Source: Clostridia bacterium
GTDB taxonomy: Bacteria; Bacillota; Clostridia; Oscillospirales; CAG-272
NCBI GenBank assembly: GCA_017623975.1
Contig: JAGANX010000037.1
Span: 310 to 64,309, forward strand
DNA: 64,000 nucleotides
Direction: 5' to 3'
Shown: piece after piece, positions 62,696 to 64,000 of the stretch
How positions within the stretch are numbered: position 1 is the first letter of the stretch
Layout of the letters: every line of letters starts with the position of its first letter
Made by a program: the position numbers and the translations under genes
The notes under the pieces: generated by a model
Seen by the model: only the letters and a program-made list of their open reading frames with translations
Database searches by the model: none
Told to the model about the DNA's origin: nothing

Positions 62696-64000
62696 TTAGT
62701 TAAAGCCAAATTCAATAAAATCAATATAGTCACTGCCCTCATAAACCAAATACAGTGGGTAAATACCGTTTTGGACGTTTAGTGTAGTTTTTGCGATTTT
62801 CCAATCTTGACTTGGTTCAATTCTAATTTCACCAACTGTATTTTCACCTAAAATAACTTTGACCTTGCCATTAGGTGAGCCCATACAGGTGCGGTATTTT
62901 ATACTAAAATCAAACACTCCCTCCACCAAAAAGTATTTATAGCCTATCAAGGTACCGTTTTCGATTTCGGAAATAAACCGTTCCTCGTTTTTGCAAATTA
63001 TGTGTGGCAAGGTCATGTGCACACACTCTCCCCTTGGCATTTTTCCGTTGGTTAGGTTACAGCAAATTACGCTTGGGTATGTGCCATTTGCAATCAACGG
63101 TCCGCCGTTAAGACCGCAAGAGGTTATTTCCACCTGGGGAATTTCACCGTTTGGCAAAATTTTAATCTTCTCTGCACAGCCTTGACGTGAAAGCTCGGTT
63201 TTCGTAGTATGACGGTGATAAAAAACATACCATTCACCGTTTATATACTCAATTCCGCCGTGGTTGTTGCCTGTGCGCATCAATTTGTCCTTTTCTACTC
63301 GTCCGTTAATGCCTATGTCACCGTTTGAAACAATAACACCGCGGTATGTAAAGTCCTTGTCGGGATAGTCGCTTGTAGCATAGCATAGCTCGTGACCGTT
63401 GAATGACGAATAAATAAAGTAGTATTTTTCACCTATTTTTCGCATTGAGCTTGCTTCAAAAAAGGCGTGCCCCTCAAAGGACGTCCCCTTTGTGTACCTT
63501 GGTAAAATGCGATATGGCTTATGCTTTACAGTCAGCATATCTTCACATAGCTCAACTGTATATGCGCCCATAACTCCTTGCCCGTTATTGTACACCTCAT
63601 CTCTTGTTTTACGGAACATTCCCATTTGCTGATTTATGGCAGCTTCCTTTTCCATTTTTTCTTCAAAGTCCCATTGCATACCGTAGTAAAGCCTGATAAC
63701 ACCGTTATCGTTCAGCACTCCCGGGTCAAAAATGATGCCATCGGTCAGTGGTGTGCCGTCAACATTCTTTACATAGCCTAAGAATTTGAATTTTCCCACA
63801 GGAGTGTCGCTAATTGCCACGCTCATTACATAAGAGCAATCGGGATAATGGTGCGCAGAAGAATAGTAAAGATAATATTTTCCATCATTTCCACGCACAA
63901 CATCGGAAGCGAACATATATGGAAAGCGTTCATAATTGGGCTCATTCTTCGCCTCATAAATAACGCCCTCGTACCGCCAATCTTTCAGGTCATCAACAGG
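62696..64000 (-). CDS. Glycoside hydrolase family 43-like (beta-xylosidase/arabinofuranosidase type), N-terminus beyond the window end
   Basis: The frame stays open upstream of the track's Met at 63916 to nt 64000 (...PVDDLKDWRYEGVIYEAKNEPNYERFPYMFASDVV...). It shows five-bladed-propeller-type motifs (GKYYLYYS, YYFIYSS, HGGIEYINGEWYVFYH) plus a C-terminal beta-sandwich. Confidence 0.7.
   Translation of the reverse strand, partial: PVDDLKDWRYEGVIYEAKNEPNYERFPYMFASDVVRGNDGKYYLYYSSAHHYPDCSYVMSVAISDTPVGKFKFLGYVKNVDGTPLTDGIIFDPGVLNDNGVIRLYYGMQWDFEEKMEKEAAINQQMGMFRKTRDEVYNNGQGVMGAYTVELCEDMLTVKHKPYRILPRYTKGTSFEGHAFFEASSMRKIGEKYYFIYSSFNGHELCYATSDYPDKDFTYRGVIVSNGDIGINGRVEKDKLMRTGNNHGGIEYINGEWYVFYHRHTTKTELSRQGCAEKIKILPNGEIPQVEITSCGLNGGPLIANGTYPSVICCNLTNGKMPRGECVHMTLPHIICKNEERFISEIENGTLIGYKYFLVEGVFDFSIKYRTCMGSPNGKVKVILGENTVGEIRIEPSQDWKIAKTTLNVQNGIYPLYLVYEGSDYIDFIEFGFN

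Noticed and set aside
1-64000. CRISPR arrays, transposases/IS elements, integrases, phage genes, toxin-antitoxin pairs, reverse transcriptases, restriction-modification or other known defence systems, rRNA or canonical tRNA genes
   Set aside because: I found none when reading the ORF translations and intergenic regions. The only repeats seen are those listed. This is visual inspection only, so short or degenerate elements could have been missed.

Overview
This 64-kb window looks like chromosome from a low-GC Gram-positive anaerobe (Bacillota/Clostridia-like). Support: GGAGG-type RBSs, TTGACA-17-TATAAT promoters, a T-box leader, six lipobox lipoproteins and A-run/hairpin/T-run bidirectional terminators at convergent junctions. 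All calls were made by eye from the sequence and the ORF track; no database search was run. Housekeeping genes are pheS/pheT, valS with a Val T-box, trmO, mntP, an ABC-F ATPase, MscS, a P-type Ca-ATPase-like pump, an S1-domain protein, YegP, and a LexA-like/Y-family polymerase cassette. They are interleaved with large accessory cell-surface blocks. (i) A ~16.7-kb same-strand block holds a ~2500-aa S8 subtilase-PA-Big2-BspA-LRR membrane-anchored proteinase, a Flg_new/GLUG-like lipoprotein and an unusually elaborated Opp-type peptide importer. (ii) A 5-TM CxxC-tailed protein and a NapH-like polyferredoxin fused to two extracytoplasmic TlpA-like thioredoxin domains converge on an operon of three giant tethered lipoproteins, one carrying its own CxxC thioredoxin domain. 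This is my best candidate for an undescribed extracytoplasmic thiol-redox/surface system. (iii) A GT2 sits next to two paralogous clan-GH-A-like hydrolases. (iv) An internally duplicated DUF1538-type membrane protein is paired with a tandem P-II-like protein. Non-coding oddities: a 3x GGTTGAACC array beside a ~90-nt polypurine tract; a 24-nt inverted repeat resembling a tRNA T-arm/acceptor in an unexplained ~385-nt gap upstream of the valS T-box; and a promoter-leader-terminator-RBS arrangement ahead of an unlisted 51-aa ORF. I saw no rRNA or canonical tRNA genes, CRISPR arrays, transposases, integrases or recognisable defence genes.
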